From positions 3,596,001-3,660,000 of the forward strand of contig NC_090340.1 in the NCBI RefSeq assembly GCF_035084215.1: a stretch of DNA of 64,000 bases. Direction: 5' to 3'. Below the pieces are notes generated by a model that did no database searches, had not been told where the DNA came from, and saw only the letters and a list, made by a program, of their open reading frames with translations. The position numbers and the translations under genes were made by a program. This document shows, one piece after another, positions 37,896 to 51,360 of the stretch; positions within the stretch are counted from its first letter, which is position 1; the number at the start of each line of letters is the position of its first letter. This DNA comes from Heptranchias perlo. Taxonomy: Eukaryota.

Positions 37896-38974
37896 AAGGA
37901 AGGAGGGGGTTCCAGCTGCAACTCTGTAATCTGGGCTACTGGAAACTCATGCGCACGAGTGGTTATTAAAGTCTGCACAATACTGGTCCGTTTTTCGATC
38001 CTATCATCTGCAGTGTCCGACCATGCCTGACAATTAGGTGGCTCCTGGGCTTGATATTCACCCGAGGCTGGGTTTCCCTTGGTCATTTGATTTGATTTTG
38101 GGGCCTGGTTTACTCGAAGCCCTCCTCTTCTATCTCTCCCAAGACTGAAATGCTTATCACCTGGACAGTCTCTCGCGAAGTGTCCGTGAACTCCACAATT
38201 ATAGCATACACCGTTAGGCCTGAGCAATGGCGCAGAAGGGGTATAACGTGGACCTTCTACTGTGTTAACAGGCCTGTCTGGGAAAAGCATACTGGCGGGT
38301 GGTAATTGCATCTGGGTTTTCACAAACTCGCATGCCGACGTGGTTTGTTGGAGTATGGTGTCCCACGGTGTCACATGGGTGATAGTATGTGCCAGAGCTG
38401 ATCGAAGCGATGGACGAAGTTTACTCAGGAATATCTTTTTCAACGCAACCTCATTTTTCCCATCTTGGTCATTCGCATTTGGGGTTCACTGTACCATGTT
38501 ATATATGGCATATAGCCGGACTGCAAAAGCACAGGGCACCTCGCTGGGATTCTGCTTAGTCTGGCACATTTTAACTGGCAAATCCATAGAGTTCACCCCT
38601 AAAGCTGTCTATAGTATCTTCTACGGTGCGGTTTTCCCTGAAGACAGCGAACGATAAGAATGCCAGAAACTCGCTGGAAAGAGCGGTTCACAGGATCTGT
38701 TTCATACCCACATTTTCCAACGTACGGCGGTAGGTCCGGAAATCAATCACCCTTTGTTTTACTTCCATTGGTCACGTCTGCATGGTCACTGGTCCCAATT
38801 GTTGAACACAGGCTTTTAACCCTGCAAAGTCCAAGGGCTGGGATTATTCGACGTACCTGCCCAGGGAGGTACCCCTGGTGGTGGTAACAGTGCCCTGGCG
38901 GGAGGTGATCCGTTATTATCTGATTCAGGTGAACCCGCCTGTCTCTGATTCCAAGCGGGGGCAGCAGGGACAGG
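37892..38974 (-). pseudogene. gag C-terminal part (capsid-like + CCHC knuckle)
   Basis: CYNCGVHGHFARDC; Pro-rich spacer. Confidence 0.85.
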
Positions 38975-41900
38975 GGGCTCGAATTTAGCAGGCCTGCGGG
39001 TTCCCAGCGGGTGGTCCTCCGGGAGCGTGGTCAACACGCTCGGCGAAATTAGTGGGTTGCCCGCGCGATCGGAGCAGGCAACACACTGGGCATGATTTTA
39101 GCAGGCCTGCGGGTTTCCGGCGGGTTGGGTTTCAGGTGCGTGGCCTCCGCGCCCGGTGAAATTAGTGGGTTGCCCGCGCGATCGTAGCAGGCAATCAACT
39201 AATTGGATCCACTTACCTGCTCCTCCGGGGTCCGCGCTGCTGGTCTGCGCGTCAGGCGGGCTGCGCATGCGCAGTACGATCTGTCAGCTGGAGGCTCTCT
39301 AGTTAAAGGGGCAGTCCTCCACTGACAGATGCTGCAACCAATGGAACAAATTACAGCATGGAGCAGCCCAGGGGGAAGGCTGCTCCCAGTTTAATGATGC
39401 CTCACCCCAGGTATCATCAGATGGGGTGAGGAGGAGGGGGAGGACAGAGATTTTCCACCCGGCGGGCGGGAGGAAGCGGCCTGCCTCTGCCACCAAGAAG
39501 GCCTGGCTCGAGGTGGCAGAGGGGGTCACCTGCGCCACCAACATATCGCCCACCTGCATACAGTGCAGGAGGCGCTCCAATGACCGCAGTAGGTCAGCCA
39601 CAGTGAGAACACGTAGTCTTTCCCCTACACTCCGTCTGCCACATCACTGCCCCCACCCCACATCTCCTTCGGCACCGCCAACACTACTCTGTCACATCAC
39701 CCCTCATAACCACTCAAACCCCATCCTCATCTTACCTGCACCTACTCACCTCGCCATTACTCATCCTGCCACTAACACGCAACCCAATCCTCATACAATC
39801 TCATGGCTCTATCCCATATTCACCCTCTCGTGGATCTCCCTCACGGCCAGCCTCACTCAACCTGCCACCACCTGTGCTGCAGCCAGAGGGCATGCATCAC
39901 ATATGTGCAGTAGGCAGCGTAAGGCAAACGTGTCGTGAGCATGAAGGGGATGCACAAGGGTATCTGAGGGTTTGCAATGGTTGTTACCTATATTGAATTT
40001 CAGAGCAACAAACATCACACATTTTATTGGCACCACCACTGCCATGTCTCTGCGAATCCTGTCTGTTGTGTCCAATAATGCCCGCTCCTGGGTATAACTA
40101 TGAGGACCCACCACTGATGCCACCCATTGTTTTACTGCAGAGTAGGTGCAGGTGTATTTGCAGGGCTCTTCCGTGCAGACGACTGAGAGACATCGGCGGT
40201 GCACCCGGCTGCACCCTGGAAGGATGCGGAGGAGAAGTTGTGGAGGGCAGTGGTGACTTTGGCAGCGAAAGGTAAGCAGATGATGCTCGGGCCACCCAGG
40301 AGCAGCTCGGCATGAAAGAGCCTGCAGATCTCCACGACTACATGTCGAGTGAATCTGCGCCTCCGTGTGCACTGCTGCTCGGAGAGGTCCGGGAAGCTGC
40401 GCCTCGGTCTGTGGACCCTGTGGTGAGTGTAGTGCCCTCTGCGACGCGTCTCTCTCTGCGGTAGCCCTCCCTCCTGATGTACAGGTGGATGTGTCACAGC
40501 ACTCTGTTGTGGAGCTCCGTGTGTCAGAGGTGGACGGCGTGGATGGCGAGGCTGGTGATGCTGTTCGCCCTCCGAGGGGCTCATGACTGCAGCTATGGCG
40601 GCCCCCATCCGCAATATGTACATCTAAGGGGGTCCGCAAAGTAGGCACATTTCTCCAGACCCCGGGGTGAGTGTGCAGGTTGGTGACTTTGACAGTCCAG
40701 AGGGGGGTGGTGGAGGCCACACTTTGTCCCAAGTGACAGAGCGGCCTCCTGCAATGGGTGAGGGTCTCCCCCCCCTCCACCTGTCAAATAGACCTTTGCA
40801 GCTGCCACAGCCTGACGGCTGCAACACGTCCAGTTCAACGAGGACAGTTTCCCCCAGTGTGTGAAACAGTCCCATGTTTCTCCAAAAACACACACAGTCC
40901 CTTAATCAGGTCAGTTAATGACCTGAACAAGCGAAATAAATAACCTCAAGTGGCATCCCGCTGGCTTTAATTGCCTGCGGGATTCCCACCAGCGGGGGCC
41001 ACGCACGTACCCCTGCACGTCATCGGGGAACCCAGAAGTGGGCGGGATGGTGGCGCGATCCGGTCACGTGACTGGATATCGGGATTTTCGGGTCTCCCCC
41101 GCCGGAAACCCACAGGAAACCCGACGGTAAAATCGAGCCCACTAATAGGAATCAATTACCTGCTCCTCCGGGATCCGCGGCGCTGGCCTGCGCGTCGGGC
41201 GGGCTGCGCATGCGCAGTACGATCTGTCAGCTGGAGGCTCTCCAGTTAAAGGGGCAGTCCTCCACTGACAGATGCTGCAACCAATGGAACAAATTGCAGC
41301 ATGGAGCAGCCCAGGGGGAAGGCTGCTCCCAGTTTAATGATGCCTCTCTCCAGGTATCATCAGATGGGGTGAGGAGGAGGGGGAGGACACAGATCTTCCC
41401 ACCGACGGGCGGGAGGAAGCGGCCTGCCTCTGCCACCAAGAAGGCCTGGCTTGAGGTGGCAGAGGGGGTCACCTGCGCTACCAACATATGGCCCACCTGC
41501 ATACAGTGCAGGAGGCGCTGCAATGACCGCAGTAGGTCAGACACAGTGAGAACACAAAGTCTTTCCCCTACACTCCGTCTGCCACAACACTGCCCCCACC
41601 CCACATCTCCTTCGGCACCGCCAACACTATTCTGTCACATCACCCTTCATACCCACTCAAACCCCATCCTCATCTTACCTCCACCTACACACCTCGCCAG
41701 TACTCATCCTGCCACTAACACGCAACCCAATCCTCATACAATCTCATTGCTCCATCCCATACTCACCCTCTCGTGCATCTCCCTCACGGCCAGCCTCACT
41801 CAACCTGCCACCACCTGTGCTGCAGCCACAGGGCATGCATCACATATGTGCAGTAGGCAGCGTAAGGCAAACGTGTCGTGAGCATGAAGGGGGTGCACAA

Positions 41901-43080
41901 GGGTGTCTGAGGGTTTGTCATGGGTGTTACCTATATTGAATTTCAGAGCAACAAACAGCACACATTATATTGACACCACCACTGCCATGTCTCCGCAAAT
42001 CCTGTTCGTTGTGTCCAATAATGCCTGCTCCTGGGTATCACTATGAGGACCCACCACTGATGCCACCCATCGCGTTACTGCAGAGTACGTGCAGGTGTAT
42101 TTGCAGGGCTCGTCCGCGCAGACGACTGAGAGACATCGGCGGTGTAGCCGGCTGCACCCTGGAAGGATGCGGAGGAGAAGGTGTGGAGGGCAGTGGTGAC
42201 TTTGACAGCGACAGGTAAGCAGTTGGTGCTGGGGCCAGCCAGGAGCAGCTCGGCATGAAAGAGGCTGCAGATCTCCACGACTACATGTCGAGCGAATCTG
42301 CACCTCCCTGTGCACTGCTGCTCGGAGAGGTCCGGTGAGCTGCGCCTCGGTCTGTGGACCCTGTGGCGAGGGTAGTGCCCTCTGCGACGCGTCTCTCTCT
42401 GCGGTAGCCCTCCCTCCTGCTGTGCAGGTGGGCATGCAACAACACCGTGTTGGGGGGCTCCACGTCTCTGCGGCGGACGGCGTGGACTGCGAGGCTGCTT
42501 AGGCTGGTCATGCTGTTCGTCCTCCGAGGTTGTCCACACACCACCCATCTGGCAGGTGTTGGTCTGAGGGGTTGTGCAGGGTAGGTGGGTGGTTCCTCGG
42601 ACTGGGGCTGCGGTTTCGTGTCGGTCTGTCCTCTGGCTTGGCGGGGGGTGGTGGGGGACAGGGGTTGCCCTATGTGACGCGGTGGCCTCCTGCGTGGGTG
42701 AGGGCTGTCCCCCGTGGAGTGCACCTTGGCACCTGCCACAGGCTGCTGGCTGCAACACGCCTGGTTGGAGAGAGACTTTTTCCCCCAGTGTGTGAAACTC
42801 ACTGCCTTGAACCTAAAATCCCACACTTCCTCTTTTGACAGCTGATTCAGCTCATTAACTGACCTCAACAAGCAAGGTAAGTACACTCAAGTGCATCCCC
42901 GCTGGCTTTAATTGCCTGTGGGATTCCCACCAGCAGGGCTTGCGGGCGCAGCCCCGCACGTCAGCGCGGTACCCGGAAGTGGCCGGGATTTCGTCGCGAT
43001 CCGGTCACCTGACCGGATATCGGGATTTTCCGGGCCCCCCGCTGGAAACCCGCTGGAAACCCGACGCCAAAATCGAGCCC
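38975..43080. mobile_element. PIF/Harbinger derivative (outer copy)
   Basis: TIRs GGGCTCGAATTT / AAAATCGAGCCC; imperfect 3-bp TSD AGG/AGA; Myb/SANT ORF remnant (+, ~41300-41545) and HARBI1-like transposase N-terminus (-, ~42110-42560). Confidence 0.85.
39089..41140. mobile_element. PIF/Harbinger derivative (inner copy, inserted in the outer copy)
   Basis: TIRs GGGCATGATTTT / AAAATCGAGCCC; perfect TSD ACT (39086-39088, 41141-41143); Myb (KKAWLEVA..QCRRRSND) and transposase remnant (DLSEQQC..KVTTALHNFSSASFQ..VSQSS). Confidence 0.88.
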
Positions 43081-43801
43081 AGAGTCCGGATGCACCCAGG
43101 ACCCAGTCACAAGATTAACTGGATTCCCCTCAATATCAGGAGATGGGCCTTCACTCCTCCTTCCGCAGCCTCATTTCACACTTTCCCCTCGTTCTGAATG
43201 ACCGACACTGGTTTTACATACAATGGGGGAGGTTCCATTCATGGGAGCGGGAGATACGGGGACTGACCATGCCTACTATCCCAATGGTAATTCTGCCCGG
43301 CGTCTCCAGCTACAACAGCCGCTACGACAGCTTGTTCTACTCCAAGTCTGCTTTCGAACTGTTGGATTCTGTCCCGGCATGCTCGGTGGTCTGCCTCTCG
43401 ATAGGGTCGCTGAAGGGCTTCTCGCAAAACACCTCTTGCATCCTCTAATTATTTATTGAGGCGAGTATTATCTTTCCTTACAGTTTCTAGATGGCATCTT
43501 GTTTCCTCTAAATGATGTAATGCTGATCCAGCAGTACAGCTTTAACACTTTGATGTTGCATGATTGCAGCTGCGGACACAACTTGGTATTTTAAACTGTC
43601 AATCTGACTATCTTTCTCGGTAAGTTCTTTCTGCTGCTGTAGGATGACATCTCGATCTCGTTCCACAAAATATGAGGCTGCATAAGTGATCAATCGGATC
43701 ACATTATCCCGCCTCCATTTCTTATCAGTAACTCTCTGTTCAATGAACGCCACGGCGTCCCTCAGCGTAACTTCTGGGCCTTTCCATAGGCATTCTAACA
43801 A
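43081..43801 (-). pseudogene. gag N-terminal part (coiled-coil-rich) of element 1
   Basis: ILQQQKELTEKDSQIDSLKYQV; the frame (NLVTGSWVHPDS/VPAAPAW) rejoins 38974 when the Harbinger and a 3-bp TSD are removed. Confidence 0.65.
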
Positions 43802-44362
43802 TAAACCTCTACATCAGTCCTGCTACGCTTCTTCTCTATCCAGGCACTTAGAAGAACAAAAGGGAAATCATTTCAAGAATAATGAACACATTATCTGCCA
43901 TTTCACTCATAATAATGTATAAATTGGAGTGCCACCATTTTGCTGCTTTTTTCATTGAGCTTGATAATTATACTGGATCGGTGGGCGGGTGGGGGGGCGT
44001 GGTGCGATATTTGTGGTGAGCCTCTAATGTTGATGTGTAGCCAATTATAGATATTGCGATCATAATGTCAGAAATGGGGATGTTCGCTGATGATTGCATA
44101 GCGTTCAGTTCCATTCGCAACCCCTCAGATAATGAAGCCTTCCGTGCCCGTATGCAGCAAGACCTGGACAACATCCAGGCTTCGGCTGATAACTGGCAAG
44201 TAATATTCGCGCCAGACAAGTGCCAGGCAATCACTATCTCCAACAAGAGAGAGTCTAACCACCTCCTCTTGACATGCAACGGCATTACCATCGCCGAATC
44301 CCCCACAATCACCATCCTGGTGGTCACCTTTGACCAGAAACTTAACTGGACCAGCCATAAAA

Positions 44363-45123
44363 ATGCCGAGTCACAGGAGTATAAACATCACACGAGAGGA
44401 CACCACCCACCAGGTAGATGGTTCATACACCTGTGACTCGGCCAACGTTGTCTACCTCATACGTTGCAGGAAAGGATGCCCCGGAGCATGGTACATTGGC
44501 GAGACCATGCAGACACTGCGACAACGGATAAACGGACACCGCGCAACAATAGCCAGACAGGAGGGTTCCCTCCCAGTCGGGGAACACTTTAGCAGTCAAG
44601 GACATTCAGCCACCGATCTTCGGGTAAGCGTTCTCCAAGGCGGCCTTCGAGACACACGACAACTCAAAATCGTCGAGCAGAAATTGATAGCCAAGTTCCG
44701 CACCCATGAGGACGGCCTCAACCGGGATCTTGGGTTCATGTCACGCGACACGTAACCCCACCAGCAGGAAAAAAAAGTTATCTGTTTTTAATACAACTGG
44801 AAATTCTCTCTCTCTCTCTCTGCCTTTCGGGCCTCTTTCTCTCTGTCTGTATAATTTGACACATTGTGTATTCAGCGTACAAGGAACTACTGTTTTCGGT
44901 GGCTAACCTGTCTGAACACCAACCACACCTTTGATTGGTGTGATGGTGTCCCAGCCTAATATAAGATATGCGATTTGAGAACCACTCATTCACTCACTCA
45001 CCTGACGAAGGAGATAATCTCCGAAAGCTTGTGATTTTAAAATAAAATTGTTGGACTATAACCTGGTGTTGTAAGATTCCTTACATTTGTCCACCCAAGT
45101 CCATCACCGGCATATCCACATCA
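44363..45123 (+). mobile_element. Penelope-like element 3' fragment (GIY-YIG endonuclease + pLTR)
   Basis: YTCDSANVVYLIRC..YIGET..LRQRINGHR..VGEHF..EQKLIAKF..GLNRD; splits a LINE fragment. Confidence 0.88.
44998..45034 (+). ncRNA. Minimal type I hammerhead ribozyme motif
   Basis: TCAC-CTGACGA-A-GGAG(ataat)CTCC-GAAA-GC-TT-GTGA: conserved core, stem II, palindromic AAGCTT stem III, stem I TCAC/GTGA. Confidence 0.7.
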
Positions 45124-46029
45124 CACCTAGAAGGACAAGAGCAGCAGGCACATGGGAACAACACCACCTGCACGTTCCCCTCCAAGTCACACACCATTTC
45201 GACTTGGAAATATATCGCCGTTCCTTCATCGTCGCTGGGTCAAAATCCTGGAACTCCCTTCCTAACAGCACTGTGGGAGAACCTTCACCACACGGACTGC
45301 AGCTGTTCAAGATGGCGGCTCACCACCACATTCTGAAGGGCAATTAGGGATTCCCACATCCCATGAACTAATAAAAAAATGTATCCATGATATATGTGAA
45401 CCACTTGTATCAATGAAAAAATGTCTTATCAGAGTGTTGCTCACATTTCCTGTGTCAGGCACATGAAGATTCCCTCAATGATTTTCATTATCTTGCTCTT
45501 CAATGTCAAGTTACTATTCGTCCTCCATTTTCCGTGGTTATTTCTCCTCCTCCTGCAGTTCAACTATTTTTTCGAGTGAATCATTATATAGGATTCACCG
45601 AACAATGACTATGCTCGATAACCGAGCTGGGACCAATTCAACAACCCCAACAGATTGACCAGCCAGTTGACTCGTGATCTCAGGATTCCAACGGTGTGCT
45701 CCATTAATATTCTGGTTGCTGCATGGGGCAAATTATACCTGGATTGAGCAACATTCTGAGGACTCCTGACGTAGACCAGTAACCAGGTTTCAAATGGATA
45801 ACCCTAAATCGCGGATCCCCGAATTGCAGCTGTTCAGTCCTGTATGTTCTGACATCCACCTGTTTTTTTCCTCCCGTAGTGTTAGTATCTCTTTCAAGAA
45901 TACACTTATCACCCTCTGCTCAATAAACCAGTTCCCATCTCTGTTACTTCTTCCATTGCCAGCTTAGCGAGCTATTTCACCTTGAGCTGAGCTTCTGACC
46001 CATATCCTTCCATCACCAAGACGTCTATT

Positions 46030-47640
46030 TCCATCTCAATAATATCTCCACTCTCCGCCCTTGCTTCAGCTCGTCTGCTGCTGAAACCATCATCTATGCC
46101 TTTGTTACCACCAGACTCGACTATTGGAATATATTAGCATGGATAAATGATTGGTTAAAGGACAGAAAACAGAGAGTCGGGATAAACGGGCCATTCTTAG
46201 ATTGGCAGGCTGTAACTCGTGGGGGTACTGCAAGTATTGGTGCCTGGGTCTCAGCTAATTACAATCTATATTAATGACTTAGATGAAGGGACCGTGTGTA
46301 ATACATCCATGTTTGCTGACCGTACAAAGCTAGGTGGGAACGTAAGCTTTGAGAACGCAAACAGCCGGCAGAGATACAGACAGATTAAGTGAGTGCGCAA
46401 GAAGGTGATAGCTGGAGTACAATGTGGAGAAATCTGAGGTTCTTCACTTTGGTGGTAGAATAGAAAAACAGAATATTTTCGAAATGGTGGGAAGCTTTAA
46501 AAATTTGGATTTCAAAGGTTCTTGGGTGTCCTCGTACAAGAAATACTAAAAGTTAGTATGCAGGTTCAGCAAACAATTCGGAAAGCAAATGGCATGTTGG
46601 AATTAAAAGCAAGGGGTTTGGAGTACAAGAGTCAGAAATCTTACTACAGTTGTACAGGGCAATAGTGAGAGCACACATTGAGTACTGCGTACAGTTTTGG
46701 TCTCCTTATCTAAGGAAGGATGTACTTGCCTTAGAGGCGGTGCAACGAACGTTCAATAGATTAATTCCTGGATGAGATGGTTGTCCGATGAAGAGAGGTT
46801 GAGTAGAATGGGCCTGAACTCTCTGGAGTTTACAAGGATGAGAGGTGATCTCATTGAAACATAAAATATTATGATGGGGCTTGACAGGGTAAATGCTAAA
46901 AGATTGTTTCCCCTTGCTAGAGAGTCCAGAACTAAGTGGCAAAGTCACAGGATAAGGAGTCGGCCATTTAGGACTGAGATGAAGAGGAATTTCTTCACTC
47001 AGAGGGTTGTACATCTTTGGAATTCTCTACGCCAGATGGCTGTTGATGCTGAGTCATTGAATATATTCAAGGCTGAGATGGATAGATTTTTGGACTGTGG
47101 GGGACTCAAGGGATATGAGGATAAGGAGGGAAAGTGGAGTTGAGGTCGAAGGTCAACCATGATCCGAGTGAATAGTGGAGCAGGCTCCTCCGGCCTTATG
47201 GCCTACTCCTGCTCCTATTTCTTATGTTCTTATGTTCCAACGATTTCCTGACTGAGCTCCAACCTTAGATCCTACGTAATCATCAGCTCATCGAAAACTG
47301 TGCTGCCTGCATCCGAAATCGCACCGAATTCCGTTCACCCATCAACCCTTTGCTTGCTGACCAAAGGCTCTGGTTCTGGCAAAGACTTGATTTTAAAATT
47401 ATCATCCGTGCTTTCAAATTTCGCCATGGCCTCGCCCCTCCCTATCCCTGTAACTTGCTCCAGCTCTACAGCCCTCCGTGATCTCTAGGCTCCTGCAGTT
47501 CTAGCCCGTTGTGCATCCCCGATTTTAATCGCTGCACCATTGGCGGTCGTGTCTTCAGTTGCCTAGGCCCTAAGCTCTGGAATTGTCTCCCTAAAGGTTT
47601 CCGCCTTTCTACTGCTTTCTCTTCCTTAAGACGTACCCAT
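46030..47640 (+). mobile_element. L2-like 3' fragment split by a CR1 fragment (46125-47236)
   Basis: AETIIYAFVTTRLDY at 46080-46125 resumes at 47237; the insert has RT/3'UTR CR1 motifs and a (cttatgtt) tail. Confidence 0.7.
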
Positions 47641-47756
47641 CCCCATACAACGTTTCCAAACAAAATTTGGCAAGAAGTCACATAAGGAGATATTAGGACA
47701 GGTGACCAAACGCTTGGGAAAAGAACTAGGTATTAATGTGCGCCTTAGAGAGAGTA

Positions 47757-48830
47757 TTTTTTAATTCGTTCATGGGATGTGGGCGTCGCTGGCGTGGCCA
47801 GCATTTATTGCCCATCCATAATTGCCCTTCAGAAGGTAGTGGTGAGCCGACTTCTTGAACCGCTCCAGTCCGTGTGGTGAAGGTTCTCCCACAGTGCTGT
47901 TAGGAAGGGAGTTCCAGGATTTTGACGCAGCGACGATGCATTTCCAAGTTGGGATGGCTGTGACTTGGAGTGCAACGTGCAAGTGGTGTTGTGCCAATGT
48001 GCCTGCTGCACTTGTCGTTTTACAGGTCACGGGTTTAGGAGGTGCTCTCAAAGAAGCCTTGGCGAGTTTCTGCAGTGCATCCTGTGGATGGCACACATTG
48101 CAGCTACAGTGCGCCGATGGTGAAGGGAGTGAATGTTTCGGGTTGTGGATTGGATGTCATTCAAGAGGGCTGCTTTGTCCTGGATGGGGTCGAGCGTCAT
48201 GAGTGTTATTGGAGCTGAACACATCCAGACAAGTGCTCTTGTAGCCACAGTATTTATGTGGCTCGTCCACTTAAGTTTCTGGTCAATGGTGGCCCCCAGG
48301 ATGTTGATGGTGGGGGATTCGGCGATGTTAATGCCGTTGAATATCAAGGGGAGGTGGTTAGAGTCTCTCTTGTTGGAGATGGGCATTGCCTGGCACTTGT
48401 CAAGCTGAAGAGATTTACTAAAATGGTGCCAGCGATGAGGGACTTCAGTTATTTCGAGAGGCCGGAGAAGCTGGGGCTGTTCGCCTTAGAACAGAGAAGA
48501 TTGAAGAGTAATTTGATAGAGGTGTTTGAAATTATGAACGGTCTTGACAGAGTAAATAAGGAAAAAACTATTTTCAGTGGCAGACGGGTCGGTAATTAAA
48601 GAACACAAATTTAAGGCGATCAGCAAAAGAGCCAGAGGCAACATGAGAAAAAAAATACGTGGCGAGTTGTAATGGTCTGGAATATATTCCTGGAAGGATG
48701 GTGGAAGCAGATTCAATAGTGACTTTCAAGAGGTAATTGGATAACTACTTGAAGGGGAAAAAAAAGTACTGGTCTATGCGGAAAGAGCAGGGGAATGGGA
48801 CTTATTGGACAGCTTTGTCAAAGATGCTGG
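47757..48830. mobile_element. LINE fragments: 47757-48400 (-) and CR1 48400-48830 (+)
   Basis: ESPTINILG..DQKL; KLGLFALEQRRL. Confidence 0.75.
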
Positions 48831-51360
48831 AGCACATTACTTTAAGTTTCTACGTGGAAGATCCTAATAGTAAGTTTACAGAAACTAAAAACTCAACTCC
48901 TCTTTTGAGAACCAAAAATACCACCTCCAAACAAAACTCGACATACAAAGAAACTTTAAAACACGACCCATTTATTTCTTAAATGGCTCTTCAAGGGCAC
49001 CGAGTCTTTGGTATAGTCTGGTAACCCTGGTAGCTCCAGTCATTCGAAATGACATTTCTTGATACAGATACAGCTGCCAAACAAGCAGGAACTGCAAAAT
49101 CCCGCCATTTTCGTTCGAGTGGCTGAACTCCTTCCGGAGAAATTTCTTGCGCAGTTCCAACCTGTATGTGATTGCACAAAGCTAGTACCTGTCTAGATAA
49201 CGATCAGAAGTATGCTGCACAGAATGACACAAATGTTTCTGCACTGAACAGAAAATAACATATTATTGCACCAATCTTTAGTTCAACAAATACGATATTC
49301 AGATACCTGCAGCACACGTGATACGTTTTCCCAGTGTACCAAAACCAATTATAATTCGGCGTGCGAAAGGAAAAAACGAACGCAAGACATGATCCATGGT
49401 GGACAAAAAAGTGCTCAATTTAGCCACAGTAAATAAAGTATTGCATTACATCACAGGCTTCTAATATCTGTTACGCAATAATAGTTGAAGTTTAGTGATT
49501 GATATAGCAGCACTTAAAATTGTAGCGAGGATGATGTAATAATTTTTAATCATTCTGCAAGTACTATTGTGAGCTTTATAGAATAATATAGGCCATCTCT
49601 GAGGTGTGCAACGGGAGGTATCTCGACTCATTGGCTGCGTCACAGAGTTATATTTCCCTCTACTGTTCCTTTGTTGAATTGCACGTCATAGACATTAGAA
49701 AAATTGCTTGCATATATATCCATTTCGCTCCGTTTACGATCTTAGAAAGGCCCAAAGCGCTTTACAGCCAATGCAATATTTCTGAAGTATAGTCACTGTC
49801 GTATTTTAGGAAACTTGGCCGTCAATCTGCACACAGCAAGGTCCAACGAAGAACAATGAGATAATGACCATATGAATGTAATAAACAGAATAGGTCATTC
49901 AGCCGCTCGAGGCTGTCGCGCCATTCAATTAGATCGTGGCTGACCTGTATCTTGACTGTATTTACTCCATCTAATTTGGTATCCCTTAATAAAAGTAGGG
50001 GTGATCATAATATAATTTGGTTTAAAGTAGTTATTGAAAGGGAAGATGAAAAATCAAAGGAGAAAATACTCAACTGGAAGAGAGCGAATTTCAGTGATTT
50101 GAGAGAGAATCTGGCACAGGTGGACTGGAAACAAAGATTGACCAGGAAAACAATGGCAGGCCTTCAAGGCAGCGATCATTATGGCTCAAACCAAGCATAT
50201 TCCCATAAGGAGGAAAAATGGGGCATCCAAATTTAGAGGTCCATGCATGAAAAAGAAAATAGACGTTAAATTAAAAGAGATAAATGAGGTTTATGACAAA
50301 TGTCAGGAACAGAATAGAATAGAAAACCGTACAGAACAGAAAGAGTGGAGGGGGAAATAGTGAAAGAATATAAGAATGCAGAGAGAGAGTATGAGAAAAG
50401 GTTAGCAGGTAACATCAAATGGAACCCAAAAAACTTTTACAAATGTATAAAAAGCAAAAGGATAGTTAAAGGAATGATGGGGCCGATAAGGGACAACAAA
50501 GGCAATCTTCTTGAGGAGGCAGAGGGTATGGCTGACGTTCGGAATGATTACTTTGCATCGGTCTTCACAAAAAAGAGGATGAATTTAATATCGCAGTCGA
50601 GGTGACGGGAGTAGAAATAATGGATGGGATAAAATAGATAGAAAGAAGGTGCTTAATTGATTGGCATCACTCAAAGTTAACCCGGGCCGGATGGGGTGCA
50701 TCCTAGGTCGCTGATGGAAGCAAGGGTGGCGACAGAAGCTCTGACGACAAACTTTCAATTCTCCTTGGATATGGCAGTATAGAGTCATAGAGTTATACAG
50801 CACGGATAGAGGCCCTTCGGCCCATCGTGTCCGCGCCGGCCATCAGCCCTGTCTACTCTAATCCCATATTCCAGCATTTGGTCCGTAGCCTTGTATGCTA
50901 TGGCATTTCAAGTGCTCATCCAAATGCTTCTTGAATGTTGTGAGGGTTCCTGCCTCCACAACCCTTTCAGGCAGTGAGTTCCAGACTCCAAACAACCTCT
51001 GGGTGAAAAAGTTCTTTCTCAAATCCCCTCTAAACCTCCCGCCTTTTACCTTGAATCTATGTCCCCTTGTTATAGAACTCTCAACGAAGGGAAAAAGCTC
51101 CTTAGTATCCATCCTATAGTAGTACCAGATGACTGGAGGATTGGAAAAGTTACACCCCTGTTGAAAATAGGGGAGAGAGATAAACCTGGTAAATACAGGC
51201 CAGTCAGTCTAACGCCAGTGGTGGGAAAACTACGGGAGATCATTTTCAAGGGCAAAATTAATTCTCACTTGGAGAAGCATGCGTTAATAACGGATAGCCA
51301 ACATGGATTTGTTAAAGACAGCTCGTGTCTGATGAAAATGATTGAATTCTTTGATGAAGT

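Larger units (their letters stand above)
32711..43800 (-). mobile_element. Endogenous retrovirus-like element 1 (lokiretrovirus-like; decayed; 5' LTR not seen)
   Basis: Ordered gag(CCHC)-PR-RT-tether-RNase H-IN-env-PPT-LTR on the minus strand; many stops and frameshifts; gag interrupted by Harbinger insertions. Confidence 0.88.

Noticed and set aside
39857-42886. Long GC-rich ORFs (307, 227, 223, 201 aa) as novel host genes or domesticated HARBI1/NAIF1
   Set aside because: They lie within TIR/TSD-bounded Harbinger derivatives; transposase is truncated; remaining frames are GC-rich shadow ORFs
43800-46030. 5' LTR/PBS of element 1
   Set aside because: No copy of 32711-33488 or tRNA-complementary site was found; presumably deleted or rearranged
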